The translations under genes were made by a program, and so were the position numbers. From the human T2T-CHM13v2.0 reference genome, Homo sapiens: 64,000 bases of DNA. This document shows, piece by piece, positions 29,341-45,308 of this stretch. Positions within the stretch are counted from its first letter, which is position 1. Each line of letters begins with the position of its first letter. Location of the stretch: the NCBI RefSeq assembly GCF_009914755.1, contig NC_060929.1. The stretch is one strand, 5' to 3'. The notes beneath the pieces are model-generated. The model ran no database searches. It had not been told where the DNA came from and was given only the letters and a program-made list of their open reading frames with translations.

Positions 29341-29699
29341 TAGATTTCAGATGGCTTATAGATTATTTTATTTCATTGACTAGTTGGAAGGAATCCTATT
29401 CAGTAGGTCTGGCAATGGAGAAGAGAACAGAATAAACTGTCTATTTTTATATAAGTGGAGTCATTTGAATAGCTCTTACTAATCAACAAATTGTTTCTCT
29501 CTTTTGTCGATCTAATAAATATCATGGAAATGAAGGAACATTATTATAATATGATTCCAAATACATATAGAAACCTGACTGGTCTTAGAGAAAATGAAGA
29601 TAAAAACAGCAAAACCTTGCCAACTCTATTTCAGACTCAGGTTTACTAATTTGAGACACACTTATAAGTGAAGATGTATACTAAAAATATAAACTTGTT

Positions 29700-30086
29700 T
29701 GTGTTTGTGTGTTAGGGCTGCTATAATAAAAATACCACAGCTTGGTTTTAATGACAGAAATTTATTTTCTCACAGTTCTGAAAGCTGGAGATCTGAGATC
29801 AGTTGCCAGAAAATTTGTTTTTTTCAGAGGTCTCTCTCCTTAGTTGAGGATTCTAACTTGTCTGTGAGTCCTCACGTGGCCTTTCTTCCCTATGTGTGCA
29901 TCTCTGGTGTTTCTTTCTCTTGTAAAAATGGTAGCCATATTGGATTTTGAACCCACTCATATGACCTCACTTAATCGTAATTACTTCTTGAAAGATTTGA
30001 TCTTCAAATGCAGTCACAGTGGGGTTTTTGCTGTGGTTAGAACTTCAACATTTGAATTTTAGGGGGACACAACTTAGCCCGTCACA
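29700..30086 (-). mobile_element. MLT1A/B-type MaLR solo LTR
   Basis: ttagggctgctataat...acagaaatttattttctcacagttctg...gggggacacaacttagcccgtcaca. Confidence 0.85.
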
Positions 30087-30089
30087 CTA

Positions 30090-30620
30090 TCTCAGCTTAC
30101 TGAACAACACTTAAATGTGTCTCGTAGACAATTAAAGTCAATACAGGAAAATGAATTCATTCTATCTCCTTTCAAACCCTTTCTATCTCCTATATTTTCT
30201 GACTTAGAAAACTACATAGATTTCTTCTCCAAAAAAATATTAATCACTTCCTAGGGTCAAGTTGGGTGTGATTCAAAGATAAAGTAAACTGGTTGTACAT
30301 TAAAGGAAAACACACTTTCATAGTTTCATCTCAAACTAACTTTCATGGTAGTTAGTATAATATCAAAATCAAGAATCAGAAATATATAATGATCATATAG
30401 TGTGTGTCATGCTTGAAATAGTCACAAGGGGTATTATTGTCTGAATGTTTTCATCAAACACCTTTTATCACTTATTCTGCCCCAGTTCAATAAATTGCTA
30501 AGCATTGTTGAGTTTTATCTCTCAAATCCACCTTTCCATTTCCATCTCTATTGCTTCAGTTTGAACCCTTGCCACCTTCCAACTGAACTATTGCATTTGC
30601 CTCCAATAAGTCTTTCTCCA
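30090..30620 (-). mobile_element. L2 relic fragments
   Basis: Weak L2-like motifs (ttttatctctcaaat..., gaactattgcatttgcctccaataagtct). Confidence 0.45.
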
Positions 30621-31379
30621 AAACACCTCCTTAAAATGTTTCTCTTACGTTGCATTAAGATTGTCCGTATGAATGCATGGCCACAGCACTATCTTGACTG
30701 GCTGCTCTCATTTGACTGGGCATATCAAGATTTACTTTGATACATAGGGCCCTGGGTTAATCTTTTACTCAGAGATTTGGTGTCCAAAAACATGTCGGAG
30801 ATGCACAAAATCACTTGTAGTTTATTAATTTCACCTTAATTTTCATACTTTTTGACTTTTCTCAAGCTATTCTCATGGTACATAACTCCCTATATTGCCT
30901 TTATCTAGTTGGAAAAATATGACTTATTCTGGGGGACTGAAGTATCACATTTAAGTTTAAAGCAATAAGACAATCTGCGCTAAGATGCTCCATAGGCACT
31001 TACAGCACGAAATAATGATTGGATAAAGAACATCTGGAATAGCCAGATGATGTAAGCATAGGAAACTATTTTTATGAAAAAACCTGTGCACTATGTGCTG
31101 AAAATAACAGTAGATTACTAGGAATGCTATTAGTAAAAATATAATAAAATGTGGTATAATTTTAAAGTATATTTTCTATTCACCTATATGAAAATATAGT
31201 TCTTATTTAATTGAATACTAATAAAGACATTCTGTAGTTTGAACATAATATGTTTCTGATTATCCCTTTTTAGAAAATTTAAAAATAGACACATATATAT
31301 ATAACATATTTGTTTTTCAATAGAGCTAAGATAATTACTGAAACATAATTATAAAAGTGCATTAGAAATAGAATAGAAA

Positions 31380-31672
31380 GGCGGGGCATGGTAGCTCACA
31401 TCTGTAGTCCTAGCACTTTGGGAGGCCGAGGCAGGTGGATTGCCTGAGCTCAGAAGTTCAAGACCAGCCTGGGCGACACGGTGAAGCTTGCTCTCTACTG
31501 AAATACAAAAAATTAGTAGCCTGTAGGGGCGTGCGCCTGTAGTTCCAGCTACTCAGGAGGCTGGAGCAGGAGAATTGCTTGAACCTGGGAGGCAGAGTTT
31601 GCAATGAGCTCAGATCACACCATTGCACTCCAGAGCCGGACTCTGTCTCAAAAAAAAAAAAAAAAAAAAAAA
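31380..31672 (+). mobile_element. AluS with a short deletion near the 3' end
   Basis: TSD agaaatagaatagaaa at 31364-31379 and 31673-31688; cctgggcgacag missing between cag repeats. Confidence 0.93.
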
Positions 31673-32702
31673 AGAAATAGAATAGAAATAGAAATTGGTG
31701 AATACAAAAGAAGGTAATATTCCTATTTCTATATTCAGCCATAAATTCAGATTTATGAATCTGGAATACTGTAAATTTTTATGCTAATTTTCAGCCCATA
31801 ATTGTAAGAAAATTTTTTTCTTTTTTCAAGGCAACTAACTTTTTAGGCCTCAACAAGCTCTTGATTCATAACAAATAAATTAGTTTTAGTCTAAAATCCA
31901 TGGTTACAATAATTCCCTCAGCAATCATAGTTCCTGTTGAATATCCAAAGGTGATCTAATCCTGACTTTTTCAGTCCAGTCTCAAAATATTATCCAGACA
32001 CAGTGATAAAGATAAAAAGATTTGGCCACAACTCAGTCTTAAAATTAGAGAGATTTGAAAACAACTGGAATATACTACTTGTTACCAGAATTTTTTGGAA
32101 TTTGGTGTCTTGGAAAGAAATCACTGAGTCACAGTTGAAACCAGTTTCAGAAATGAGAGGCCAAGCAGATCTGTCCAGTAGGGACCAGGAATGAATTTTG
32201 TAGGTGTAAAAGGCACTACTATGGGAGATGAGTACAGTCAGGAAACAATGAACACTTATGGATCTTCTATGACCTAAGGGGTCATTCAAATTATAACTCT
32301 TGGTAATCTACTTAGGACAAAGGAAAAGAAGGATTTGAACTGCCCCATTTATAGGAAACAAGTACACTAATGCATTTTTTCCTGAGGTATTTGGGCACAC
32401 TTGAAAAGCTGAAATCAATACACATTTTACTCCTTACAGAACCATCCCACACATGGGAAAAGTCTTGTAAATAGCAATAAACCCATTCTCCTTGTTGGAT
32501 CAGCTGACTCTCTAAAGCCACTTGAGGTACTGTGTTGGAGAGTGGCTGGCATACTTTTTTTGCAATGCAACTAGAGTGGTCCAAATTGGGACCACTCTAG
32601 AGGTTCCACCACATGCTGTCTGCCATTTTTGAGAACCTATAAGGAGAATAAATTAAACACTTGAAGGTAGAAATGGTTGAATGTTCAGGGTTGCTTCAGT
32701 TA

Positions 32703-33050
<348 letters not shown>

Positions 33051-36000
33051 TTTGCCTTTAAAGAGAAGAAAATTAGATGCTAATGATATTTGGTCCTATA
33101 AAAATCAGTTCTTAATCAAACAAAAGTTTTATGAGAAGGAAAGATGACAGCCTCAATGGATGTAATAGCATATCTGGAGATAATTTACATGATTTTACAC
33201 TTTCAATCTCATTTATATAAAAATGTAAAATGTATACAATGTTATTGCAATTGAAAACTTTTTTTATTTATTAAACTCAGTTCTCAAGAATTCTCTGGTA
33301 TAGGGAATCTTTGCAGATCAATTATATCCAGTTGTAAATTAAGAAACTGACCTTACAGGTAAAATTATAAATAACTTTTCATTATTATATAGCTAATTCA
33401 TTTCATTTTAATATGTGTGACATAATGTGGGGTAAGATCCACAGAAATAAGAGTTCCTGGTCCTAAAATACATTTTGCATTCATATTTGTGATTTGAGAG
33501 CATTGATTAGATGACATAATTTAATTTGTAAGTTAGAAGCATTGATAAGTGATATAATTAGGGATCTAGAAATGCTGATTGTAGAAAATATGATGAGAGC
33601 AGTGTTATTAATGCCTGAGTTCCTGACTTCCCATTTCCACTATTTTGAAGGAGATACTGGTTTTACTTAGGAGTTTTTCTCCACCATCTTCAAAGCACAG
33701 TTATTCTAAACCTGAAGTCTTTTTGGAAAGCACACAGCAGGAAAGGGGCAGAAAAAGTAGACGCTGGGGCTTACAGAAGGGTAGAATATTGTTCAGCAAT
33801 TTTGGATACTATGAGGAGAAACTATAGTATAAGCATAAGGGCAATAAGACCTTAAAGAGTGACACTGAAAAAAAATGTTTTTATACATATGTAGACTATG
33901 TCATACAAAAAACAAAAAATCAGTTTATTTTAATTTCTATTTTGCTTCCCATGTTATTTTCTTTTAAACTCAATAGATGTCCAACCCTATAGTAAAAGTT
34001 GCAGCATTGTTCATAATTTCTTTCTATAGGTGTAATTAAATACAATGCTATACAGGTGTATGTAGACACGTAACTAAATAACTCAATATATATCAGCAGT
34101 CAGATTTGGGATTTACTTGCTTATGTTCCATGTGGCAGTATTAAATGTAATACATGACAATAATATGATTTAGATATTCTTCACTTAATAGAAAACATAT
34201 TTCTAAAATGTTGTTATTAATTTTGTATGTTTGCCCATAATATCTTTTAGAACATACTGACATTTTACATTTATTTTGAAATATAGTTTTATTAAAAATA
34301 CCAAGTTGATTCCCAAATGCACATCATTTTAAACGGTTAGTAAGAAGTCTTAAATTAATAATACTCAGAATCATTTAATTCCCATCAATTTCTAAACATT
34401 TCTGAAGTCCAAGTGAGTCACATCCTCCAGGAAGAGATACCTCAGCACTATTATTCTGTTTAAGTGGCATTATGTTACCTAGTTGATGCCACCAACATAG
34501 TAATGTGACAAAACACAAGTCCATGAGGCCAAAATTTTCAAGTTTATGAATTTTTCCTGGGACATATCTGGTTTAAAGAGAATGTGTTATTGAATGTGGT
34601 CCTTCCATACAATTTCGAGACAGAAAGTAGGCTAGTCAATAGGATAAGAGCTAAGCCTAGGCTGTACCCTAACTCATAAATCACACTTTTATTTATTGTG
34701 ACTGGGAGAAAGGAATTAAACTGTGATTGATTTCTCTCCAGATTATAGGAGAATATTTCTGCAGGAAAAAAGCAAGCAATAGATGTCCTCTAATCTCTTT
34801 GTAAATGTAATGATAGCAGATCTTTCAGCAAACAGATTAATGATGTTTGCCAGAAGGAGAGTACTATCTATGGATTGCTCTTAGCAGAATGATCCCAGTT
34901 TAGCATATAGTAAACAAACCTGAAATCCATAGAGTTATAAGGCACACCACTCTATAAAAAAGAGATGTCTCAAAACTTAAATACAGAAGGTTATCCACAA
35001 GCCTCATGTAGAGAATTAATCTCAGACTGTGTCTGATGTGAATAAAAGGGTTTGAGGAGCTGACTGAATTTCCCAAACCTCTGCTCATTTTGGCTGTGCC
35101 CCTCGATGCCTTATATTCTTACAATTATTAATAAAGTCTCTGATTCATGTGAGTCTTATCTGAAAATTCTATTTTCGTGCTAGCAGAGTGATAATGTCCT
35201 AGGCTGCTCAGAGCTTATGGACAGGAGTATATGTTGTATGTATATCATCCAAGCCTACTGAAGAGCAAAGCAATAAACTGTTTTTTTGTCTCACTTTTTT
35301 TGTGATCGCTAGTGTAAATTGGTTTCCAAACTGTTTAGATGATGGCTGTAGAGTTATGAAGTGAAGCACTGAAAAGATAATATTCATTGAAAAAAAATAA
35401 AAAAAATACCTTCCATGTATCCTGTATAGTGCAAGGTTTGAGCATGGAGAGCTAAACATTCCTGCCCAAAACAATAGGCTATCCCCTTCATTAATAAATC
35501 ATTAATATGAGCGTAGACATTTTTACATGCTAAAGCTAGAGAAAATTATATTTTGTCCTTTAGAACATACTGTAAGTGAATGTTTCTGTGTGTGCTTGTG
35601 CATGTATGACGGTATGGGCTTACACAGAGCCTTAAATATATAAGACAGCTTCAACTTCAAGTTGGTAGCATTTGCTAGCTTTTGAAATAGGATTATATTA
35701 GTTTTTCATCGTATTCAAAATTATTCATCTGATGAAGTTCTTAGGGCTAAAAAATGTGGTGTCTTACCAAATGTGAAGTAGCAAAACATCATAATGTTTT
35801 AATACTTATGGCCAATACTTAGTCCAGAAAATTAAAGGTGAACGTGTCAAAACAAATTAATATATTTTGTGGAAAGTATCTTCAAAATTCCAAAATTTTA
35901 GTACTAAATGTTCCATTTTAGACAGTGTATGATAAAATAAAATTTTACTGAGGAGAAAGTAATATAAATCCATCACTCAAGTAGTACAAATTTTATTTAA

Positions 36001-36865
36001 AATAAATACAATTTCTACTTCTCCCAATATGCCAGCAATTGCAAATTGTGATAGATATATTATAAATAAAGTAGGTAAGTTAGCTAGCAAACTGTAGCTC
36101 TTCTCTTAACTACGTTGAAGTATATTTGAAGTTTTCTATAAAGTGCTTTGCAAACTTGTTATGTGAGAAAAATTGCAGTGTAAGCAATGTTTAAAGAATA
36201 TTTACTACTTAATTATTCCACTGGCATTTAGGTCCTGCCTAAAGAAATGGTTTCTTTAATTATCTGAAAAAGAAAAAGAACTTTAGACTAACATGTATAT
36301 GAATTATCTGGACTTTTTCAAGAAACCTAACAAAGGACATAACGATAAAAATATTTTAAAACTTTCTGCTTCCTATTAGCAAACTGATCAGGTAACCTGC
36401 CATATATAAACTACGCAGATGTTCAGAGGTAATTATAATTATCAAAGCTATTAACAAAGTGTTGATTTATTCTTTAGTAAATAATAATTACTTAATGGAA
36501 GGCTACTACATTTTGTGTATTGAAATAAATTATTATTTCTGAAATTTTACAATTTGTTATAATAAGCTTTATGTAGGTTTTTCCATCTCAAAGGATACAT
36601 TACATTCCTGTAAAGCTTTTATCTCATTTGACTTCAATTTAAAAATAGTTAAAATTAAATTAAAAACACCATAATAATATAATTATAATAGTAATAATAG
36701 AAAAACAATATTTTAATAATTATTTCTGGCATTCTGCTAAATATTTTTTATGTATGACATTTGCAATCATTTCTCTACCCCTTTGAGGAACTATTATTCT
36801 AATATCAATATAAATAGAACACGATTGCATACATTATATTATTTAGTTGTCAGAACTTCATTACA

Positions 36866-37010
36866 GTAGGCAGTCTTATTTTGCCCTTGTAGAGACAAGT
36901 AAATTTATCCTGAGAAGTAGGCCAGTTGCCTGAGGACACACAGTTTACAGTGGCAGGGCCCCAATATCCCCCCCTTATTGTCTGAAATTAATACACATAG
37001 CCATACCTTT
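36866..37010 (-). mobile_element. MIR fragment
   Basis: gttgcctgaggacacacagtttacagtggcag resembles the MIR core. Confidence 0.55.
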
Positions 37011-37115
37011 ATATTGCCTATGAGAAATGAAATATTAGTAATACCTGCCTAAAACAAATAAACAAGACCTCTAGAGTATTTTTACCAGTCAGGAAGTCAA
37101 ATATGTATTATTCTA

Positions 37116-37630
37116 TTTTTTTATTATACTTTAAGTTCTAGAGTACATGTGCACAACATGCAGGTTTGTTACGTATGTATACATGTGCCATGTTGGTGTG
37201 CTGCAACCATCAACTCATCATTTACATTAGGTATATCTCCTAATGCTATCCGTCCTCCTCCCCCGACTCCACTACGTCCTTGGTGTGTGATGTTCCCCAC
37301 GCTGTGTCCCAGTGTTCTCATTGTTCAATTCCCACCATGAGTGAGAACATGCGGTGTTTGGTTTTCTGTCCTTGCAATAGTTTGCTCAGAATGATGGTTT
37401 CCAGCTTCATCCATGATCCCTACAAAGGATGATTCCTCAAGGATCTAGAACAAGAAATACCATTTGACCCAGTCATCCAATTACTGGGTGTATACCCAAA
37501 GGATTATAAATCATGCTGCTATAAAGACATATGCACACATATGTTTATTGCGACACTATTCACAATAGCAAAGACTTGGAACCAACCCAAATGTCCATCA
37601 ATGATAGACTGGATTAAGAAAATGTGGCAT
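37116..37630 (-). mobile_element. Short L1PA (about PA5) with 5' inversion: 37116-37430 minus, 37431-37630 plus
   Basis: 3'UTR on minus joined to ORF2-end sequence on plus; TSD atgtatt(a/g)ttctattttt at 37103-37120 and 37629-37646. Confidence 0.93.
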
Positions 37631-37875
37631 GTATTGTTCTATTTTTATTTTATTTTTCTTTAAAAAGTGTTTCTTTCAAATATTTGATATCTCTTATAAA
37701 ACAAATAACATTCAAGTTTTTGATGTAGTTTAACTATCAACTTATATTGCCAAGACTCTAAAATGTTTTGCTTACATATTCATGTGAGAGATTAAAAAGT
37801 ATCAGAAATTTTCCTGTTTTAATATTTTAACTAATATTATAAAAGCCAAAAATGGTTGATTTTTATTTAATCTTG

Positions 37876-38316
37876 TTGTAGTCATATATTAGGGCTGCCA
37901 CCACACATTAGGGTAAACTGGGTGGCTTGAAAGAAAAGAAATTTTTTCCTTCACTGATTGTTAAGCCAGAGTCCTAAATCAAGGTATCAGCAGCACAAAG
38001 TGCCTTATGAGAGCTCTGGGAGATAATCAGCTCCTCACCTCCTCCAGCATGGTGGTTCCAGTTATTCCTTTTGTTCCTGCCTAATTCCAATCTGCTCTGT
38101 CTACACATGGCTTTCTCCTCTGTGTGTCTTCTGTTTCTCAGAAGGACCCTTGTTGTTGGGTTTAAGTCCTGCCCTAAATCCAGGATAATCTCATCTCAAG
38201 ATCCTTAACTTAATTACATCCACAAAGCCCTTCTTCCAAGTCACATCACAATACACAGTTCCTGGGGGTTTAGCACTTGCATGTATCTTTTGAGGGGCCC
38301 ATTATTCAACCCACTA
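37876..38316 (-). mobile_element. MLT1C-like MaLR solo LTR
   Basis: aaactgggtggctt, ccctaaatccaggataatctcatctcaagatccttaacttaattacatc, attattcaacccactac. Confidence 0.82.
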
Positions 38317-38997
38317 CCCCTCTATTCAAAAGAAAGACTGCTTTGTTAATGGTGAGTTGATCTTATATTTATTAATAAAAGCAGAATGACTTTAGATATC
38401 CAAATTCAACCTCTTTTCCTTTCCTGAAAATTTTAAGAAACGCTAAAGTTTATTTGGCTCTCCAAAAAACAGTGCTGAATCTTCTTTCTGATTGTACTTA
38501 AACCTGAACTCAGACATATGCCTTTTGAATAGGGAATATCATTACTGCTACCAGAGATTATTGCCTGTATAAATAAAGGCTATGTACTTACTGGCTAGGA
38601 AGTGTAATGCATCTGCCCTGAGAGACTTCCTCATAGATAATTCTACTGAGGATTTTGTAGAGTATAAACATCAGGCTAATGCTAGGGTTCCAGAATCAGG
38701 CTATTAAGGTAGAAATATTGCTCAGCAATTTTCTCACTGTGTTATCTTGAATAGCTTACTTAATGAACACATCTAAGAAAGGCCCCAATTGGCACCAGAT
38801 TAAAACTCAAGAGACAAAAAAGCTATGTTTCAATATCTAGATCCCTTAAATGCCCTTGTCTTCTCACTATCAATTGGCTCTGTGTGTAGAGTGTTGGGTT
38901 GGTAGGTCTCTCATCTAGAAAAATCACAAAAACATGTGTTTTCCCCACCCCACCTCCATGGCAACAATACCTTTATTTACTTGCATTTACATGACTA

Positions 38998-39435
38998 TGT
39001 GAGAAAACAGACAGAATCAAAATGGAGTCACTTGTGTTAAAAATCCTGACAAACAGAACTGAGAAGGCTATGGGGGAGCATTCTTATGCATGGATGCCTG
39101 ATAACAAGAACTACCACAGAAGACTGCAAAAACACAAACTTGCACAAAGGCCATTGCAACCTTACACACACACGTGAAAATACTGTGCAGGCATTTGCCC
39201 AACAACTCCCTGCCCAACTTTGTATTCGTGCCACCCTTGTTATCGATTCTTGCAGCCTAAGACAATTGATCTAAAACTATTATGTAAACCTCTTCATTAA
39301 AAAAAAAAAAAAAGTCTTTACTTCCCTGAATACCCACATGGTTTACTACAGCACATGTATTCCCATTGAAATTCCTATTCCCAAATAAATGTAATTTTCT
39401 TCTATGAAATAATCTCTCTGTTATTTAGGTTGACA
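38998..39435 (+). mobile_element. MER65 solo LTR (ERV1, MER4 group)
   Basis: cagaatcaaaatggagtcact, ttgcacaaaggccattgcaaccttacac, AATAAA, ends ttatttaggttgaca. Confidence 0.85.
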
Positions 39436-39848
39436 CACAAGAGGTAACTTAAGTTCTAATTTGCAGAAGTAAGTTTTGCTTTGAAGCGAATTTCTTCTTC
39501 TAGCAATGTACTTGAAACTACTGACAACTTTCTTTCCATATCCACTTTCTTTACAACTTTCTTTCCACACTTTCCAGGAATGTATTTGGAATGTAAAGGA
39601 CAAGATGTACATTTTAAAGAATTTTTGTCAGTCTTTGGATCTCTTTGCATTTTTATCTTTTTATGTGTGTTTTGATCTAAAATACATTATAGGTGTTTAA
39701 AAGTATGTAATTCATTTATGAATTTGGTTAGTTATGAAAGTGAAGGATTATGTCTTTATTTTATTTTACTACACATACTTTAGCAAATAAGCATTGGGAA
39801 TCTTTTCTGCTATCTTCATTTCTGCACTCTAAAATATCCTTTGACTTG

Positions 39849-40577
<729 letters not shown>

Positions 40578-43129
40578 ATAACATTTACACTCCATGCTCA
40601 AAAAAATTTTAGTGGATCCAACACTTCTTTAAAATCTAGAGAATAAAGATGCTTACATTCATTATTTTCAGTGTCAAGAATATTCCTACTTTGTTTCTTA
40701 AACACTATATGTTCACACACACACACATTATTTACAAAATGTATATAAATATAAAATAAATATAAATAAGCTATATGTGAATTTACATTTTGTTAAAATA
40801 TGCTTTCCTTACTTTCAGTTCTTCATATTTTTAATGAAGTTCTTCATATTGCTCCCTGTAATTAAAATGATTCATTTTCTCTTATTCATATTGTTAACAC
40901 TTATTAATGTTTTAAGGTCAGCTCATGTCTCAGTTCTAATAATCCATTAATTATTATAACCAACAATGAATTATGTATTAGCTTATATTAAGCTTTCGCA
41001 TTTAGAAACAATTTAAATATTTTAATATTCTTATAAATATTATTTAATTCTTTAATTTTTGTGTCTTAATCTCCCAAACAAATTGAAAATGTCATGAGAA
41101 AAAGGACCACATTTTATACCGTTTTTGTTTTTCCTTTAAAACCAAGAAAAATACTTTTACAAACTTAAGACATAATTAAAGCAAATTAAACTTCTTAACT
41201 ATCAAAGTTATTACTAGTTGAATTTTAAAATATGCAATTAAAAGTCTATTAATATGTTAAGGGGAATAATATGATACTCTTCAATTAAATAAACTGACTT
41301 TATAAATTTAAAATGTTACTAGTTCACCTAAGGAAAAAAGAGTGGTTCCTTGGAAGAGCTTAACCATTCAAATCAATGTCACCCATTTGCATGGCTTCAA
41401 GTGACTAAGTTTAAACTTAACTTTCTTTGTGAATTTTCAGAAACAAAAGATGAAGAAAAAAATGATGAGGCAGCTGACAGGCTAAAAGATGCTGTAAATA
41501 TGGGGGAAAAAATCCAAAAAACAAAGTCAATAATACTGTTTCTAATAATAGCAGTTAAATGTTCTGAAAGAGTCCTCCCGGTAGCCTACATTTCAAAGCT
41601 ATAGTTAAGTGAAGGACAAATTTGACATAAAGTAAATGAGTTGTGTTAGCAAATAGCTATTGATTAGCACAGTGCTACTCAATAAAAATTAATTTACATT
41701 AAAATATACATCATTATACTTTGATGTTGCTAGAAGGAAAGTAGTAAAGCTACTTTTTCTTTAACACTAAATCTGAATGCTCTGAAGGCTATTACAAAAA
41801 TTACTGGCAAAGATTGTAATCCCGGGCTCCACGCCTGCCCTTATTTATAGTGTCAAATATGCTTGAAACTCTACTTTAAAATCTGGCTAAATATCTTGAT
41901 TGGATTCTGTGTCAAACACAATTATATATATGAATAAAAACAGTTTTAAGTTTCAAGTACATATTTCAGTTTTATGTTGTCGTGTTTGCTTTTCTTGTAT
42001 TTTAATTTCTATTTCAGATAATTATTAGCATAGACAATTTGTCAGAATACTTTATGGTTATATACATTTTCATGAAATCAACTTACGGGCTACATATGAA
42101 TCTTTTCAATATTTTTTTCAAAGTTAATTAGCATAATAATCTCTTTATAGCTGCATTTTAATGTTTATACCTCTTCTGATCATAGGCAATTTACATTTTT
42201 TGCTTAAAGAGCTTTCAGAATCTAAGATAAAATTTTTGAAGTGGAATCTGAAATTAATATTAATGCATATTTCTGCACATTATTCATTATTAGGTGCTAA
42301 TATATTGGGTAATTATTCTAATTCCCAATTGTGTGATTCAAAGTTTTTCTAGCATTGGAATGCTGTAGATAAGCTTGGATTCTGTCTCAGGACTGCTTGC
42401 ATTTCTCATTTAGGTACATTTTAAGTTCAAGTATTTAGAAAATCTCTAAGTAATAAGTCTACAGACACACTCCCTGTGAAATTTTGCCCCGTTTCACTCT
42501 TTATAAACATATTTAGTGCTAAATTTACACTCTGGCATTTGTCATTTGTAAGTACGTTAGATAATTAAATATTTCAAATTAGGAGCGTATTTTAGAAATA
42601 ATGAGTGAGATACGGAAGACTGTGACTATGAATTTAATTATTTGTAAACAAGATTTTATGACTATTTTCCCTTGTAGAATTACTTTTATTTTTCCTCTTG
42701 AGCCGTTAATTTTGCTTAAGCTCCTGGAAAAAGCTTTTTGGGGTTAGGTTTAACTGTCAATATTTCAGATATATGTGTATATAAAATAACACCTGAACAT
42801 ATTTGTGTATTTTTTTAAACGTGTTTTAAAATCAAGGAAGACAGAAACGTTAAAAATCACCACGGCAAACCTTACAAAAAAAAATTTTGGTGGATTACAG
42901 ACAAAATTGTCTATGTATATATCATGTTGAACGCAAATTAAAAAATTCATTATATAAAGTCTGTTACACATATATTCTTTCTTAACTAACGTAAATTTTA
43001 TTAAGTAAATATTTTCCTGCCAATTATAAGATTATATGTTATTCTTTAGTCCTTATTTTTAAGTCCTTTCTGACTAGTTAAAGATACCTACACATTTTTT
43101 GACATTTCTGCTATCAAGAGAATGGGTCT

Positions 43130-43690
43130 ATGTCCTATACAAATTAAATCCATAATGAGATATCAATATACTAATACAAGGAAGGCAATACAACAAAAAA
43201 GGCAGATCACACTAAATATTTTCAAGGATAGAGAGCAAACAGAATGATTATGTACTGCTGGTGGAAACTCTCAGACGTTATCCTGCATTCTTTGCCTCCA
43301 TCTACTAAACATAATGTACACATACAACAATTCCACATCTACTATATACCCCAAAAGTAATGCAAATTATGTTTACAAAAAAGTATATATAAGAATGTTC
43401 ATTACAACATTATTTATAATAGCCCCACATTTTTACAAAGTGTGTGCAATGTACAAAAGTTCAAAACCAGCCAAATAAAGTCTATAGTTTAAGAAATCAG
43501 ATTAGTTGTTACCCTTGTGGGATATGGAGACCAGAAGCAATCTCAACGGACTTCCGGATTACTGATAATGTTTCCACATTGGTATGCTGTTTACATCACT
43601 GTTTTGTGAAAATTCAGCAAATGGTACACTCATGATATATGTTACTTTTTATATTTATACTATGCATGCTTTGCTTTAATAATTTTTAAA
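43130..43690 (+). mobile_element. L1ME/MC 3' fragments
   Basis: cataatgagatatcaatatac, aagaatgttcattacaacattatttataatagcc, tttgtgaaaattcagcaa. Confidence 0.65.
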
Positions 43691-43804
43691 AACTTGAATT
43701 ATAGTATCTTCAGATAGTAACAAAGTATTATTTTCCTGTCTTCCAAGAACTCAGACTCAAGCCATAGATATTTATTTGTCATAAATTGTAGATAGTACTA
43801 ACCC

Positions 43805-44090
<286 letters not shown>

Positions 44091-44102
44091 AATAGTAATA
44101 AC

Positions 44103-44371
44103 TTTTTTTTTTTTTTGAGACGGAGTCTAGCTCTGTCGCCAAGCTGGAGTGCAGTGGCATGATGTTGGCTCACTGCAACTTCTGCCTCCAGGGTACAAGC
44201 GATTCTCCTGTATTGCCCATCACCACACCCGGCTGACTTTTTTTTGTATTTTTAGTAGAGACAGGGTTTCACCACGTTGGTCAGGCTGGTCTTGATCTTT
44301 TGACCTTGTGATCTGCCTGCCTCGGCCTACCAAAGTGCTGGGATTACAGGCGTGAGCCGCCATGCCTGGCC
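44103..44371 (-). mobile_element. AluSc-like, with an internal deletion of about 30 bp
   Basis: ctctgtcgccaagctgg, gaccttgtgatctgcc; cctcagcctccc...attacagg replaced by tatt. Confidence 0.9.
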
Positions 44372-45308
44372 AGTAATATCTCTTTAAGTGTAATTTATTA
44401 ACCAGGTATTTAGTAGTCTTGTGTTGCAGGGGAAAAAAAAAAAGAAAAATCCACTAAAGGATCCAAAGCTAATCATTCAACAACTATTTTAAAACGATTT
44501 TCTTTTAAAAAATAATACATATTTATTTGATAATACTAATAATCATAGTAGAAGCAGAAATGATTAGTATTTACTAAGCACTGCCATATGTAGGCATTAT
44601 ATTATATTATTTATTTGAGCTAGCTGATTTCTCAAAAAAAAACAAAGATAGTTGGCATTAAGATTTTGTAATTATAAGAACTATATTTGCTACCAAAAAC
44701 TTTTCATGTTTGTTTTCAATTTTCTACTTGTTTGTATCATTTTAATTAAGCAAATTGGTGAGTTATTTATGGTGTAAATATGTGGTATAACTTGGAGTTG
44801 CTACTCAGTTGTTTCTAGAAACAAGCGCCAGTGACTCTCAACTGCGTTAAGGTGAGTTATGTTATGTCTTCCATACACGAAGTACAAGAAGTGAATGTAT
44901 TAGATGGAGTGGTTATAGTGGTAACCAGCCTCTAAGAAAGCTCTCAGTGACACCCACCCTCTAGTTTTTCATGCTCCCTTCTTGAGTATGATACATACTT
45001 TCTACTCACTGCTAACAGAAGAAGGCAGAAGGTATGGGATGTCACTTGTAAAATTAGACTGGCTTCCATTTTGGGCATACAATGGAGCCCTTAGACACTC
45101 TTTAACCTGTACTTTCTCAGAATTCTCACCCCAGGGGATGCCATATTTCATGTCAAGAAACAAAAGGCAAGGAAGAGCCAAAAATACATGAATGAATTTC
45201 AACTCAGACCATCCCTCCTCCCACACACATTCAGTTGAATCTCTAATGAAACGACAGCTCCAGGCAACAATAACCTCATGAGAGAACTATGTGAGGCACC
45301 CAGCTAAG

